Source of the DNA: Dehalococcoidia bacterium
GTDB taxonomy: Bacteria > Chloroflexota > Dehalococcoidia > Plut-88900
Reading direction: 5' to 3'
Length of the DNA: 64,000 nt
Assembly (NCBI GenBank): GCA_965197645.1
Contig: OZ240219.1
Location: forward strand, 2,624,001 to 2,688,000
Part shown: positions 28,067 through 38,797 of the stretch, piece by piece
How the letters are laid out: each line of letters opens with the position of its first letter
How positions within the stretch are numbered: the stretch's first letter is position 1
Position numbers and translations under genes: made by a program
The notes under the pieces: model-generated
The model's database searches: none
What the model was told of the DNA's origin: nothing
The model's input: only the letters and a program-made list of their open reading frames with translations

Positions 28067-28906
28067 TTAGCCGTCCCACTCCCCGTTGAAGACGTACTCT
28101 GCCGGTCCGGACATGAAGATCTCTCCCTCTCCGTCCCACTCGATCTCGAGGACGCCTCCGGGCAAGGCGACATCCACCGGGCTGTTGGTGGCATCGTGCA
28201 AACGGGCCGCTATCCCTACGGCGCAAGCCCCCGTGCCGCAGGCCAGCGTCTCGCCCACGCCCCGTTCCCACACCCTAACAACCACCCGGGTCCGATCGAT
28301 GACGTTGACGATCTCGAAGTTGACCCGTTGGGGAAAGAAGGGGTGGTGTTCCACCTTCGGGCCTAGTTCGTGGAGGGGGTATTCGTCCACCGGCGTATCG
28401 ATGAAAGAGACAGCGTGAGGATTGCCCACGGAAACACAGGTCACCTTAACTTCCGTGCCATCCACGTCAAGCGTGTGGTCCATCACCGGTCCGGGCCCAT
28501 TCAGCGCGACCGGGACCTGTTCAGGCTTTAGCCTGGGCACGCCCATGGAGGCGCGTACTGAGTTTACAGTGCCGTTATGTCGAGTGACGCTCACTTTACC
28601 CACGGCGCCCAGGGTCTCAATCATCAGCTCGGCGGTCTGCGGAGGAGCTATGTCCTGCTCCACGAGGTACTTGGTGAACATGCGGATGCCGTTGCCGCAG
28701 GCTTCGGCCTCGGAGCCGTCCGGGTTGAATATCTGCATCCTATAGTCGGCGACGGAAGAGGGCCGGATCAGCAGAATGCCGTCGGAGCCGACACCGAAGT
28801 GCCTGTCGCACATGGCCAAAGCCAGCTTGGGCCAGTCCTCGTCCATCTCCCGCGCATCTATCAGGATGTAGTCGTTTCCGATCCCGTGCATCTTTGTGAA
28901 CTTCAT
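28067..28906 (-). CDS. dapF: Diaminopimelate epimerase
   Basis: FTKMHGIGND, CGNGIR, GNPH, ERGVGETLACGTG. Confidence 0.95.
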   Translation of the reverse strand: MKFTKMHGIGNDYILIDAREMDEDWPKLALAMCDRHFGVGSDGILLIRPSSVADYRMQIFNPDGSEAEACGNGIRMFTKYLVEQDIAPPQTAELMIETLGAVGKVSVTRHNGTVNSVRASMGVPRLKPEQVPVALNGPGPVMDHTLDVDGTEVKVTCVSVGNPHAVSFIDTPVDEYPLHELGPKVEHHPFFPQRVNFEIVNVIDRTRVVVRVWERGVGETLACGTGACAVGIAARLHDATNSPVDVALPGGVLEIEWDGEGEIFMSGPAEYVFNGEWDG

Positions 28907-29862
28907 TTGCCGGCCTCGACCTTTGATCCTGTCGACGCTGCCTCGGAGCTGAGGAAGCTCTCGACTTCCCTCACGGCTTCCCGCTTATAGTCCTTCGATA
29001 TATCGAACCAGTGAATCCTGGTATCGTCGGTCTTGAACCAGGCCCCCTGATGCCTGGCCAAGCGATGGGTCTCATACTTAGTCCTCTGCGCCGCCTCCTC
29101 CAACGAGGTGTCACCCTGAATGTAAGCGCCTATCTGTTTATACCCCACACTTGACATGGCTGGCAAGTCGAGGGCGTAACCCCTGTCCAGGAGCGCCCGC
29201 ACCTCCTCTACGAGACCGCTCTCTATCATCCGGTCTACCCTGCGGTCGATTCTCTCATATAGAAGCTGGCGATCTCCACCGAGGCCAAGGACCAGGAAGG
29301 GGAAGCCCGGCGCTTCCTTGCTAATCAGCTTCGAGAACGGGACGCCGGACTTGATGCACACTTCCAGGGCCCTGATGGTGCGACGGACGTTCCTGGGGTC
29401 GATCCGATCGGCGGCTTCCGGGTCTCTCTCCCTGAGCCTCTGGTGCAGGGCATGCGAGCCCTTATCCTTCGCTTCCCGCTCCAGCTCATCTCGCAGTTTC
29501 TGATCGGGTGGAACATTGGGAATCCGGAGGCCCTCGAGGAGGCCCCAGATATAGAGGCCGCTGCCACCAACGAGAATAGGTGTCTTTCCGCTATCGAATA
29601 TGTCCTCTATAGCCTCGGTTGCCCGCTCCAGATAGATAGCGAGGTTGAAGTCCTGGTCCGGGTCTACTACATCTATGAGGTGGTGAGGAGCATGGGCAAG
29701 CTCGTCGCTGGTGGGCTTGGCAGTGCCGATGTCCATGTACCGATACACCTGGCGGCTATCGGCGTTGACTATCTCGCCATCCACCGCCTCGGCCAGCTCC
29801 AGGGAAAGCCTGGTCTTGCCGGTGGCCGTAGGCCCGACTACAGCGATCAGGCCCCGGGTCAC
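28903..29862 (-). CDS. miaA: tRNA dimethylallyltransferase
   Basis: GPTATGKT, DSRQVYRYMDIGTAKP, VGGSGLY. Confidence 0.95.
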   Translation of the reverse strand: MTRGLIAVVGPTATGKTRLSLELAEAVDGEIVNADSRQVYRYMDIGTAKPTSDELAHAPHHLIDVVDPDQDFNLAIYLERATEAIEDIFDSGKTPILVGGSGLYIWGLLEGLRIPNVPPDQKLRDELEREAKDKGSHALHQRLRERDPEAADRIDPRNVRRTIRALEVCIKSGVPFSKLISKEAPGFPFLVLGLGGDRQLLYERIDRRVDRMIESGLVEEVRALLDRGYALDLPAMSSVGYKQIGAYIQGDTSLEEAAQRTKYETHRLARHQGAWFKTDDTRIHWFDISKDYKREAVREVESFLSSEAASTGSKVEAGK

Positions 29863-30623
29863 AGGCCCAGCCCGGATTGTGCCGCAACTTGGACGATCCT
29901 GGTGAACTGGTCGGCTTTCAGGCTGGCGCCTCCGACCAGGGCTCCGTCTATCTCCGCCATCTTCATGAAACTGCCGATGTTGTCGGCGTTGACGCTGCCG
30001 CCGTAGAGGATGCGGGTCTCGTCGGCGGCCTGCTTGCCGGCGATCTGGGCCAGGGTATCCCGGACCAGCTCAATGGTGGAGCTTGCATCCGACTCGGTCG
30101 CCGCCACTCCTGTGCCGATGGCCCACACCGGCTCGTAAGCGACGACAAGGCCGGCCTGCTCTTCCACGTCCCTCAAGCCATTTCGAGTTTGACTGACGAG
30201 GACCTCTTCCGTCTGGCCCGATTCTCGCTGGTCCAATGTCTCGCCGATGCAGAGTATGGGAAGGAGATTGCTGTTCCGAGCCGCTTTGACCTTCAGGTTG
30301 ATGAGTCGATCATCTTCACCAAACACGTGTCTTCGCTCCGAATGGCCCAGGATGACGTATTCGCAGAGTCCTTGAAGCATGAGAGGCGATATCTCTCCCG
30401 TGAAAGCGCCCTTGTCCTCGTTGTGCATGTTCTGGGCGCCCACCTTCAGGGACGAGCCATGGACGGCATCGTGGACGGCCACCAGGGAGATAGAGGGAGG
30501 GCATAGCAGCTTTTCCACAGCGCCGATCCCGTCGAGAGTCTCCACCAGCGTCCGGGCCAGGTCCCGCGCCTCCGCCACGGTGGTGTTCATCTTCCAGTTG
30601 CCGGCGACCAGGGGGAGTCTCAT
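29859..30623 (-). CDS. tpiA: Triose-phosphate isomerase
   Basis: AGNWKMN, GHSERR, AYEPVWAIGTG, YGGSV. Confidence 0.97.
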   Translation of the reverse strand: MRLPLVAGNWKMNTTVAEARDLARTLVETLDGIGAVEKLLCPPSISLVAVHDAVHGSSLKVGAQNMHNEDKGAFTGEISPLMLQGLCEYVILGHSERRHVFGEDDRLINLKVKAARNSNLLPILCIGETLDQRESGQTEEVLVSQTRNGLRDVEEQAGLVVAYEPVWAIGTGVAATESDASSTIELVRDTLAQIAGKQAADETRILYGGSVNADNIGSFMKMAEIDGALVGGASLKADQFTRIVQVAAQSGLGL

Positions 30624-30635
30624 GCCCTACAGCCT

Positions 30636-31841
30636 CTAGGCTCCGTACTTTGCCAGCTTTTCGGCGTAGGCCAGCACCGAGGGCATGATCTCTGTGGCGG
30701 GGAATCGGCCCAGGATGCCCCGGGAGCACGAGCGCTCGGTAAACTCGGCAGCGTCATCCCTCCTACCCCAGCGGGACCGTAGAAGGAATGGTACGGGATG
30801 CCAGCTATGAGCGGCGAAGGTTGCGGGAGTGGAGTGGTCGCCGGCCACCACTAACACTTCGGGCTGGAGGTCTATGAGCCGGGGCAGGCACCTGTCCAAC
30901 TCCTCCAATGCGTGCACTTTGGTCTCGAAATCGCCGTCTTCGCCGGCGGTATCGGCCCCCTTGAAATGAATGTAGAAGAAATCGTGGTCGTCGTAGCGTT
31001 CTATCAGCGTCTCCACCTCGTCCTGAAAGGTGGCGCCGGTCTCCAGCACCTCCATGCCCAGCAGCCTAGCGATGCCCCGGTACATGGGGTATGTGGCGAT
31101 GGCCGCAGGCGTCAGCTTGTACACCTGGGACATCGAGGGCAGGTCCGGGCGTTTCGAAAAACCCCTCAGCATGATCATGTTGGCGGTGCTTCGACCGTCG
31201 AGGGCCTCCCGGCACATCTCCACGAACCAGTTAACGGCGATGGCGGTGTGCTGGGCGTCGGGATTCAGCGCCCGTACCGGCAGCGGCGAAGAGGCCCTCA
31301 TCTGCGGGTCCGTTTCGGTGATATCTTCGCTGAGGCCTTCGCCGTGAAACACCACGGCGAAGCGATGGTCTCTTACGGCGTGAACCTCGACTCCGACGCC
31401 CTCCACCTGGATCTTGTCCAACTCCCTGCAGATAAGCCGGCTCTCCTCCGTAGGTATCCTTCCGGCGCGACGGTCTATGATCACGCCGTCCCCATCTACC
31501 GTGCAGAAGTTGCCCCGAGCCGCCAGATCGTTCTCGCCGAGGTCCAGTCCTATTCCCGTCGCCTCCAGCACCCCTCGTTTGACCAGGTACTGGACCGGGT
31601 CGTACCCAAAGAGTGCCAGGTGGCCGGGGCCGCTGCCCGGTGTGATTCCAGGCGCCACGGGGTCGGTCAGGCCGCACATCGCCTGGGACGCCAGACTGTC
31701 CAGGTTCGGGGTGTGGGCCGTCTCCAGCTCCGACTTGCCGGTGTCGGGATGGGGCAGACCGCCCAGACCATCGATCACCAGGAAGACGATCTTGGACGGC
31801 GTCGGGTGGGCCACTTGGGCTATCAGGTCCTGACGGGACAT
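30636..31841 (-). CDS. apgM: Cofactor-independent phosphoglycerate mutase, ApgM type
   Basis: DGLGG, PGSGPGHLALFGYDP, DRRAGRI, GDHSTP, HSWHPVP; between pgk and tpiA. Confidence 0.92.
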   Translation of the reverse strand: MSRQDLIAQVAHPTPSKIVFLVIDGLGGLPHPDTGKSELETAHTPNLDSLASQAMCGLTDPVAPGITPGSGPGHLALFGYDPVQYLVKRGVLEATGIGLDLGENDLAARGNFCTVDGDGVIIDRRAGRIPTEESRLICRELDKIQVEGVGVEVHAVRDHRFAVVFHGEGLSEDITETDPQMRASSPLPVRALNPDAQHTAIAVNWFVEMCREALDGRSTANMIMLRGFSKRPDLPSMSQVYKLTPAAIATYPMYRGIARLLGMEVLETGATFQDEVETLIERYDDHDFFYIHFKGADTAGEDGDFETKVHALEELDRCLPRLIDLQPEVLVVAGDHSTPATFAAHSWHPVPFLLRSRWGRRDDAAEFTERSCSRGILGRFPATEIMPSVLAYAEKLAKYGA

Positions 31842-31850
31842 CTCTGCTAC

Positions 31851-33047
31851 CTATACTTCCTCTTTATCTTGAAGGGCGGCCACTCCCGGGAGCGTCTTGC
31901 CTTCCACAAACTCCAGGGATGCGCCTCCCCCGGTGGAAACGTGGTCCATCTCGCCGGCGAGGCTCAGGTTGATCACCGCCTCGGCTGTAGAGCCTCCACC
32001 AACGATGGTAGTGGCATCCAGTCCCGCCATCATGCCGGCCAGGTTTCGGGTACCGCCGGCGAAGGTGGGAAACTCGTGCACGCCCATAGGACCGTTCCAG
32101 AAGACGGTCTTACTCTTTTCAAGGTGCCTTCCGAAGGTCTCTATCGTACGGGGGCCCACATCTAGGATGTGGCCCTCCGGAGCGACTTCATCGATCGGTA
32201 CGGTTTCGGCTGCGGCTTCGGCATCAAATCGATCGGCTACAACGACGTCCTCCGGCAAGACCATAGACGCGCCCTTCTTTTCGGCCTTTTCCATGATGCC
32301 GGCCACAAACTCCAAGCTCTCTTCCTCCAACAACGACCGACCTATCTCGTAGCCCTTGGCCTTGAGAAAAGTGGCCGCCATGCCACCGCCGATCAGCAAG
32401 ACGTCGATCCGGTCCAACAGGTTCTCCACTACGGCCATCTTATCGCTGATCTTGGCCCCTCCAAGTATAGCAACGAAGGGGTGGGCAGGCGCTCCGGCGG
32501 CCAGGCTGAGATATCTGAGCTCTCTCTCCATGAGAAAGCCGGCGACCGCAGGCAGATACTGTGCCACACCTACGGTCGAGGCGTGGGCTCGATGGGCAGT
32601 GCCGAAGGCGTCGTTGACGAAGATTTCGCCGAGGGAGGCCAGCTCCCTTGCGAAGTCCGGATCGTTGCTTTCCTCTTCGGAATGAAACCTGAGGTTCTCC
32701 AGGAGGAGTATCTCGCCTGGGGCCAGTCGTTCGGCCTCGGACCTCGCATCCGGGCCGATGCAGCAGGAGGTAGTCGCCACCTCCCTCCGGATCAGCTGGG
32801 AAAGGCGCTCTCCGATCGGCGCCATTCGTAGCGAATCTACCACCTTGCCCTTTGGCCGGCCGAGGTGAGAGCAGAGGACCAGGCGAGCATTCCTGTCCAA
32901 CAGGTACTTGAGGGTGGGCAGTGCGGCCCGGATGCGACTGTCGTCGGATATGCCGCCCGTCCTGGGATCGGTGGGCAGGTTGAAGTCCACCCTGACCAGT
33001 ACCCGCTTACCCTTGACATCGATATCGGCGACGGTCTTCTTGTTCAT
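31851..33047 (-). CDS. pgk: Phosphoglycerate kinase
   Basis: RVDFN, SHLGRP, NDAFGTAHRAHAS, STGGGASLE. Confidence 0.97.
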   Translation of the reverse strand: MNKKTVADIDVKGKRVLVRVDFNLPTDPRTGGISDDSRIRAALPTLKYLLDRNARLVLCSHLGRPKGKVVDSLRMAPIGERLSQLIRREVATTSCCIGPDARSEAERLAPGEILLLENLRFHSEEESNDPDFARELASLGEIFVNDAFGTAHRAHASTVGVAQYLPAVAGFLMERELRYLSLAAGAPAHPFVAILGGAKISDKMAVVENLLDRIDVLLIGGGMAATFLKAKGYEIGRSLLEEESLEFVAGIMEKAEKKGASMVLPEDVVVADRFDAEAAAETVPIDEVAPEGHILDVGPRTIETFGRHLEKSKTVFWNGPMGVHEFPTFAGGTRNLAGMMAGLDATTIVGGGSTAEAVINLSLAGEMDHVSTGGGASLEFVEGKTLPGVAALQDKEEV

Positions 33048-33050
33048 GGG

Positions 33051-33683
33051 CTAAGCCGGTTGAACAATCGCCCCGGCGACTTGCTCGATCTGATCAACCG
33101 GGATGGCGCCCTGTCTGACCAGGACGGGTGCGTCCCCCGATACGTCCACCACCGTCGAGGCCAGCCCGCCGCGACATTCGCCCCCATCGATCACGATGTC
33201 CACGGCGTCGGCCAGTTGGTCTCTGACCACTTCCGATGATACCGGGTCGGAGCCGCCGCTGCGATTTGCGCTGGTGCCGGTAATCGGCGCTCCCAACCTC
33301 CTGGCCAGCTCTCGGGGGATGGGATGGTCCGGAACGCGCAGCGCTATGGTATCGCCGCCGCCGGTGACAGCGTCCGGAACGCTGGACGACCTCTTGAGCA
33401 CCAGGGTCAGGGCGCCGGGCCAAAACCGGGCTGCCAGATCGATAGCTATCTGAGGGATATTCGTTGCCACCACTGAGAGAGCGTCGGGGGAGTCGATCAA
33501 AAGGGGCAGCGCCTTGAGCTGGCCTCGCCCCTTCGCCGCGTAGACCTTTCGAACGGCATATTCGTCAAGACCATCTGCGCCGAGGCCGTACAGGGTATCG
33601 GTTGGATATGCTACGAGACCACCCCGCCTCAGCACCTCCACGGCACGATGTAGAATGGCGTCATCGACCTGTAACATGGGCAT
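33051..33683 (-). CDS. tsaC: Threonylcarbamoyl-AMP synthase (Sua5/YrdC)
   Basis: PTDTLYGL, KGR, FWPGALT, TSANRSG. Confidence 0.93.
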   Translation of the reverse strand: MPMLQVDDAILHRAVEVLRRGGLVAYPTDTLYGLGADGLDEYAVRKVYAAKGRGQLKALPLLIDSPDALSVVATNIPQIAIDLAARFWPGALTLVLKRSSSVPDAVTGGGDTIALRVPDHPIPRELARRLGAPITGTSANRSGGSDPVSSEVVRDQLADAVDIVIDGGECRGGLASTVVDVSGDAPVLVRQGAIPVDQIEQVAGAIVQPA

Positions 33684-33772
33684 CGATTTCCGGTGGAAAA
33701 CTGCTTTTCTGGAGTCTTGACCGAGTATATCATGGGTGCTAATCTGAGGTCGAGAATCCCAGTGGAGGGCCC

Positions 33773-35455
33773 TTGGCAGAGGAGGAATCTAAGACCAAAA
33801 GCCGACGAGTAGCCGCCACCGACGATATGGAGGTATCCACCTACCTCGAGATCGCCGGCAGCAAGATAAAGCCGGGCCTCGCACCTACTGAGGAGCAGCC
33901 CGGCGAGCCTCAGCAAAAGCTGGAAACAGTGGTGGTGTTGGACTTCGGTTCCCAGTACAGCATGCTCATCGCCCGCCGGGTGAGAGAGTGCAAGGTCTTC
34001 TGCGAGATCCTTCCCTACGACACTCCCTGGGAACGCATAGCTCCCCTTAATCCCAAGGGTTTCATCCTGTCCGGTGGGCCCGCCAGCGTCTACGAGGAAA
34101 ACGCCCCTCTGGCGCCGTCCTACGTCTTCGAAAGCCGGCTGCCCGTGCTGGGAATCTGCTACGGGATGCAGGCCCTCACCCATCAGCTCGGCGGCAAGGT
34201 GGCGTCCGGAACCAAGCGGGAGTACGGACATGCGGTCCTCCACCAGAACGTAGCCGAGCATTCGATTTTCAGCGGCCTGGAAAAGGACCTGACGGTCTGG
34301 ATGAGTCACGGCGATGAGATCACCGATATGCCTCCAGGCTTCGAGAGATTGGCCTACACGGATAGCTCTCCCATCGCGGTAATGGGCAACGCGCAGGGGA
34401 TCATCGGGCTCCAGTTCCACCCGGAGGTGGCCCACACGCCCAACGGCAAGGAGATCCTCAACAACTTCCTCTACGAAATCTGCGGATGTAAGGGTGGCTG
34501 GACACCGGAGAACTTTATAGCTTCCGCCGTTGAACGGATCAGGGACCAGGTGGGCCATGGCCAGGTGATCTGCGCCCTATCCGGCGGTGTGGACTCGGCG
34601 GTTACGGCGGCGCTGGTCCACAGGGCGGTCGGCGACCAGTTGTGCTGCATTTTCGTCGACAACGGGCTCCTTAGACGGGAGGAGGCGGAGCGGATTCGTG
34701 CAGTGTTCGAGCGTCATCTCAACCTCCGGCTCATCTACGTCGACGCCAGCGAACGTTTCCTGGACCGGCTTGCCGAGGTTACCGACCCGGAAGACAAGAG
34801 ACACATCATCGGCGAAGAGTTCATCCGGGTGTTCGAGGAGGAGGCCGGTAAGCTGGGCGAGGTGCATTTCCTGGCCCAGGGCACCCTCTATCCGGATGTT
34901 ATCGAGAGCCAGCCTCCCAGGGATGCGCCCTCGGCGACGATCAAGACCCATCACAACGTGGGCGGGCTGCCCGAGGCGATGAAGCTGTCCCTCGTCGAGC
35001 CGCTGCGTCAGCTCTTCAAGGACGAGGTGCGGAACGTGGGCACGGCCCTCGGCATGCCCGAGGAGATGGTCTGGAGACAGCCCTTCCCCGGTCCGGGGCT
35101 GGCTATCCGGATCATAGGCGAGGTTACCGAGGAGCGGTTGGAGGTGCTGCGCCAGGCTGATTGGATCGTCATGGACGAGATCAAGGGAGCCAAGCTGTAC
35201 GGGCAGCTCTGGCAGAGTTTCGCCGTGCTGAGCTCCATGCACACCGTGGGAGTCATGGGCGACTATCGCACCTATGGCAACACCATCGCTATCAGGGCCG
35301 TCACCAGCGACGACGCCATGACCGCGGACTGGGCCCGCCTGCCTTACGATGTCTTGGCCAAGATCTCCAACCGCATAGTCAACGAAGTCCCTGGAGTGAA
35401 CAGGGTCGTATACGACATCTCCAGCAAACCACCCTCGACGATTGAATGGGAGTAG
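33773..35455 (+). CDS. guaA: GMP synthase (glutamine-hydrolysing) with ~50-aa N-terminal extension
   Basis: [40 protein letters not shown]. Confidence 0.96.
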   Translation: MAEEESKTKSRRVAATDDMEVSTYLEIAGSKIKPGLAPTEEQPGEPQQKLETVVVLDFGSQYSMLIARRVRECKVFCEILPYDTPWERIAPLNPKGFILSGGPASVYEENAPLAPSYVFESRLPVLGICYGMQALTHQLGGKVASGTKREYGHAVLHQNVAEHSIFSGLEKDLTVWMSHGDEITDMPPGFERLAYTDSSPIAVMGNAQGIIGLQFHPEVAHTPNGKEILNNFLYEICGCKGGWTPENFIASAVERIRDQVGHGQVICALSGGVDSAVTAALVHRAVGDQLCCIFVDNGLLRREEAERIRAVFERHLNLRLIYVDASERFLDRLAEVTDPEDKRHIIGEEFIRVFEEEAGKLGEVHFLAQGTLYPDVIESQPPRDAPSATIKTHHNVGGLPEAMKLSLVEPLRQLFKDEVRNVGTALGMPEEMVWRQPFPGPGLAIRIIGEVTEERLEVLRQADWIVMDEIKGAKLYGQLWQSFAVLSSMHTVGVMGDYRTYGNTIAIRAVTSDDAMTADWARLPYDVLAKISNRIVNEVPGVNRVVYDISSKPPSTIEWE

Positions 35456-35479
35456 ATTTCAACAAAAGGATGTGTCCGG

Positions 35480-35848
35480 TTGGCCTACTCACTTGATTTG
35501 AAAGAGCAGCTTGATCCTCGCCTGCTGCCGTGGGCCGGGGTGACCAGCCGGGAGATGTTCGGCGCCCTGTGCTACTTCCACGGGGACAAGATGTTCGTCA
35601 TAGTCACCGGGTCCTCGGTGGCCGTGAAGCTGTCCGAGGAGGAGAGGCAAGACGCTCTCGACAATCACGGCGCCACCGAGTTCGTGGTCAGCTCCGGACG
35701 GCCCTTCGGCCAGTGGGTCCAGTTCCCAATTTCGGAGCCATATGAGATCGATCCGGCCATGGACTGGATCGAAAAGAGCTATCGTTATGTCGAATACGAC
35801 ACCGCTCCCAGGCGTAGTAAGAGGCGCTCCAGAAGGGTTGTAGGTTGA
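35480..35848 (+). CDS. TfoX N-terminal-domain-like small protein
   Basis: REMFGALCYF.GDKMF pattern; basic C-terminal tail. Confidence 0.65.
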   Translation: MAYSLDLKEQLDPRLLPWAGVTSREMFGALCYFHGDKMFVIVTGSSVAVKLSEEERQDALDNHGATEFVVSSGRPFGQWVQFPISEPYEIDPAMDWIEKSYRYVEYDTAPRRSKRRSRRVVG

Positions 35849-37122
35849 ACGTTCTGGTAGTTGGAAGCGGGGCCAGGGAGCACGCCATCACCTGGAAGCT
35901 TCGCCAGAGCCCCAGGGTCGACGACCTGCTCGTCGCACCCGGCAACGCGGGCACGGCAGCGTTGGCCACTAATCTGGACATCGGGCCGGGTGACTTCGAA
36001 GGGATGGCGGCCGCGGTTGCGGAGCATGACGTGGGCCTGACGGTCGTTGGGCCGGAAGCTCCCCTGGCCGATGGCCTGGCGGACTACTTCGAGGAGCGAG
36101 GCCTGGCTGCCTTCGGCCCCAACAAAAGGGCCGCCCGCCTGGAATCCTCCAAGATCTTCGCCAACGATCTGATGACGAGGCACGGCATCCCCTGCGCCCG
36201 GAGTCGCGCCTTCTCCGATGCCGAAAAGGCTAAAGAGCACATATCCGGCGCCGAGCTGCCGCTGGTGGTCAAGGCCGACGGTCTCGCTGCGGGCAAAGGC
36301 GTAACCATCGCTCAAACTCACGAGGAAGCCTTCCAAGCGGTCTCCGATGCGATGGAGGCCCGGGTGTTTGGCGATGCCGGAGCTCGCGTTTCCATCGACG
36401 AGTACCTGACGGGCCGGGAGGTCAGCCTGTTCGCCTTCACCGATGGAGCGACGGTGAGCCCGCTGGTAGCCGCCTGCGACTACAAGGCTGTCCACGAGGG
36501 TGGCCGGGGCCCGAACACCGGCGGCATGGGAAGCTACAGCCCGCCCGAGTTCCTGGGCCGAGAGCTGACCGAACAGGTCCAGGAAGAGATACTCGCCGCC
36601 ATTGTCAGAGCGCTGGCATCCGATGGGATCGTGTATAGGGGTGCCCTGTACGGCGGCCTGATGATCACCGACGAAGGCCCCCGGGTCCTGGAGTTCAACG
36701 TCCGATTGGGAGACCCCGAGACCCAGGTGATACTACCGCGACTCGAAACGGACCTGGTGGACGTCATGATGGCCTCTGTACAGGGAAAGCTTCACGAGTT
36801 GGACATCCTGTGGAACGACGATGCCTGCGTGGCGGTGGTGCTCGCCTCTCCGGGGTACCCGGGCTCCTATCCCAAGGGATGTACCATCACAGGTCTGGAC
36901 TCGGTCGACGATGACGTTCTGGTCTTCCATGCCGGAACGGCCATGAATGGGTCCGACGTGGTGACGTCCGGGGGGCGAGTGCTTAGTGTGGTCGGCAGGG
37001 GGCCCACTTTGTCCGAGGCCCGTGCCAGTGCCTATCGAAACGTGGAGGTAGTCTCCTTCGAAGGTTGTCAGTACCGCCGTGACATCGCCGACGTGCCCGT
37101 ATCAATCGAAAGCAGTACTTAG
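35845..37122 (+). CDS. purD: Phosphoribosylamine--glycine ligase
   Basis: GSGAREHA, KADGLAAGKGV, GPNTGGMG, EFNVRLGDPETQ. Confidence 0.96.
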   Translation: MNVLVVGSGAREHAITWKLRQSPRVDDLLVAPGNAGTAALATNLDIGPGDFEGMAAAVAEHDVGLTVVGPEAPLADGLADYFEERGLAAFGPNKRAARLESSKIFANDLMTRHGIPCARSRAFSDAEKAKEHISGAELPLVVKADGLAAGKGVTIAQTHEEAFQAVSDAMEARVFGDAGARVSIDEYLTGREVSLFAFTDGATVSPLVAACDYKAVHEGGRGPNTGGMGSYSPPEFLGRELTEQVQEEILAAIVRALASDGIVYRGALYGGLMITDEGPRVLEFNVRLGDPETQVILPRLETDLVDVMMASVQGKLHELDILWNDDACVAVVLASPGYPGSYPKGCTITGLDSVDDDVLVFHAGTAMNGSDVVTSGGRVLSVVGRGPTLSEARASAYRNVEVVSFEGCQYRRDIADVPVSIESST

Positions 37123-37135
37123 GTAAGCCAGCCGG

Positions 37136-38296
37136 ATGTCAGCCACTGAGTCGTCAAGAACTCACGACGTCATAGTAATCGGGGCGGGGCCATCGGGCTC
37201 GGTCCTCGGGTACGAGCTGGCCAAGGTCGGGCTTGACGTGGTCATACTGGAAAAGGAGCGGATCCCCCGGTACAAGACCTGCGGCGGTGGTGTTAACGTG
37301 AGGACCGCCCGGCTGCTGGACTTCGATATCTCTCCCGTCACAGAGCGGACCGTATCGAACGGGGAGGTGACGTACAAGCTGGGCAGCGGGTTCATCAAAC
37401 GGTATCCTGAGCCGCTGACCTACATGGTGATGAGGGACCGGTTTGATCAGTACCTGGCGGAGAAAGCGGCTGACGCGGGAACGGCGGTTGTGGACGGCCA
37501 CAAGGTCACAAACATCGAGCGGATCAACGGCCATTTCTCCGTCACCTGCCAGAAGGAAGCGTTCTCGGGCAGGATCGTAGTCGGCGCGGATGGCGCCAAC
37601 AGCGTCGTGGCCAGGAAGCTGGGTCTGATGAAGGGCGCCGGGCTCAGCGTCGGGTTGGAGGCGGAGGTGGAAGTGCCGGCGCGGGTCCTGGAACGCTGGA
37701 TGTCCATGGTAACTATCGACGTCGGGGTGATTCCGGCAGGTTACGGCTGGGTGTTTCCCAAAGGTAACCATTTGTCCATCGGTGTCGTGGGGGACGTCCG
37801 GCACTCGGAAAAGCTGAGGGGCTACTTCGAGAGGTTCGTAGCCGGGCAAAAGCTGGGCGACTACAAAGTGCTCAAGTTCAAAGGCCACAAGCTGCCCATG
37901 CGCAGGCCCGGTATGACGATCCAGAAGGATAGAGGGCTCCTAGTTGGGGACGCCGCAGGGCTTATAGACCCGTTCAGCGGAGACGGCATATACTACGCTA
38001 TCCGAAGCGCCCAGATAGCCGCCCCCGCCGTGGTCGAGGAACTAACCTCGAATGAGGACGGCCTATCCGGCTATCAACGGGGTGTGGACGAAGAGTTGAT
38101 GGTGGAGAGGCAGGTATCGGCCACCATGTTGCGCCTCTTTAGCTGGGCGCCCGGCGTCTACTTTAGATGGCTGAAGCATCACGATGTTCCGTGGAAGGCT
38201 GCGTGCGAGATAATACGAGGCGATAAGAGATACACTAGCGTCAGAGAGAGGCTGGGTCCTATCGGCCCTCTCTTCGACATGGTAAGGGGGCTGTAA
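37136..38296 (+). CDS. Geranylgeranyl-reductase-family FAD oxidoreductase
   Basis: [45 protein letters not shown]. Confidence 0.88.
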   Translation: MSATESSRTHDVIVIGAGPSGSVLGYELAKVGLDVVILEKERIPRYKTCGGGVNVRTARLLDFDISPVTERTVSNGEVTYKLGSGFIKRYPEPLTYMVMRDRFDQYLAEKAADAGTAVVDGHKVTNIERINGHFSVTCQKEAFSGRIVVGADGANSVVARKLGLMKGAGLSVGLEAEVEVPARVLERWMSMVTIDVGVIPAGYGWVFPKGNHLSIGVVGDVRHSEKLRGYFERFVAGQKLGDYKVLKFKGHKLPMRRPGMTIQKDRGLLVGDAAGLIDPFSGDGIYYAIRSAQIAAPAVVEELTSNEDGLSGYQRGVDEELMVERQVSATMLRLFSWAPGVYFRWLKHHDVPWKAACEIIRGDKRYTSVRERLGPIGPLFDMVRGL

Positions 38297-38754
38297 TGCC
38301 GCTGGTAGGCGTGGTAATGGGTAGCAAGTCCGACGAACCTTACGTCAAGGAAACGGTAACGATCCTGGAAAATTTTGGCGTCGACCACGAAGTAAACATC
38401 ATGTCGGCCCATCGTACGCCCGAGCGGGCAAGGGAATATGGCAAGTCAGCTCGAGAGCGGGGCCTTGAAGTGCTGATCGCAGCCGCAGGAGGCGCCGCCC
38501 ATTTGCCCGGCGTCCTGGCTTCCTGGACCACCATCCCCGTCATAGGCGTGCCCCTTCCCACCACGGACCTCAATGGCGCCGACGCCCTTCACGCTATAGT
38601 CCAGATGCCCGGCGGGATTCCCGTGGCCACGGTGGCCGTGGGCACCGCCGGGTGCCGTAACGCCGCGTATCTCGCCGCCGAGATTCTCGGTCTCAAGCAT
38701 CCCGAGATAGCCAAGGCATACGAGGACTATCGGGCCACGTTCACCAAGCGTTGA
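38296..38754 (+). CDS. purE: N5-CAIR mutase
   Basis: [32 protein letters not shown]. Confidence 0.96.
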   Translation: MPLVGVVMGSKSDEPYVKETVTILENFGVDHEVNIMSAHRTPERAREYGKSARERGLEVLIAAAGGAAHLPGVLASWTTIPVIGVPLPTTDLNGADALHAIVQMPGGIPVATVAVGTAGCRNAAYLAAEILGLKHPEIAKAYEDYRATFTKR

Positions 38755-38797
38755 TCGGGAGATAAAGTCGGTAAGGTCCTAAAGAGCAAAAACGCCC

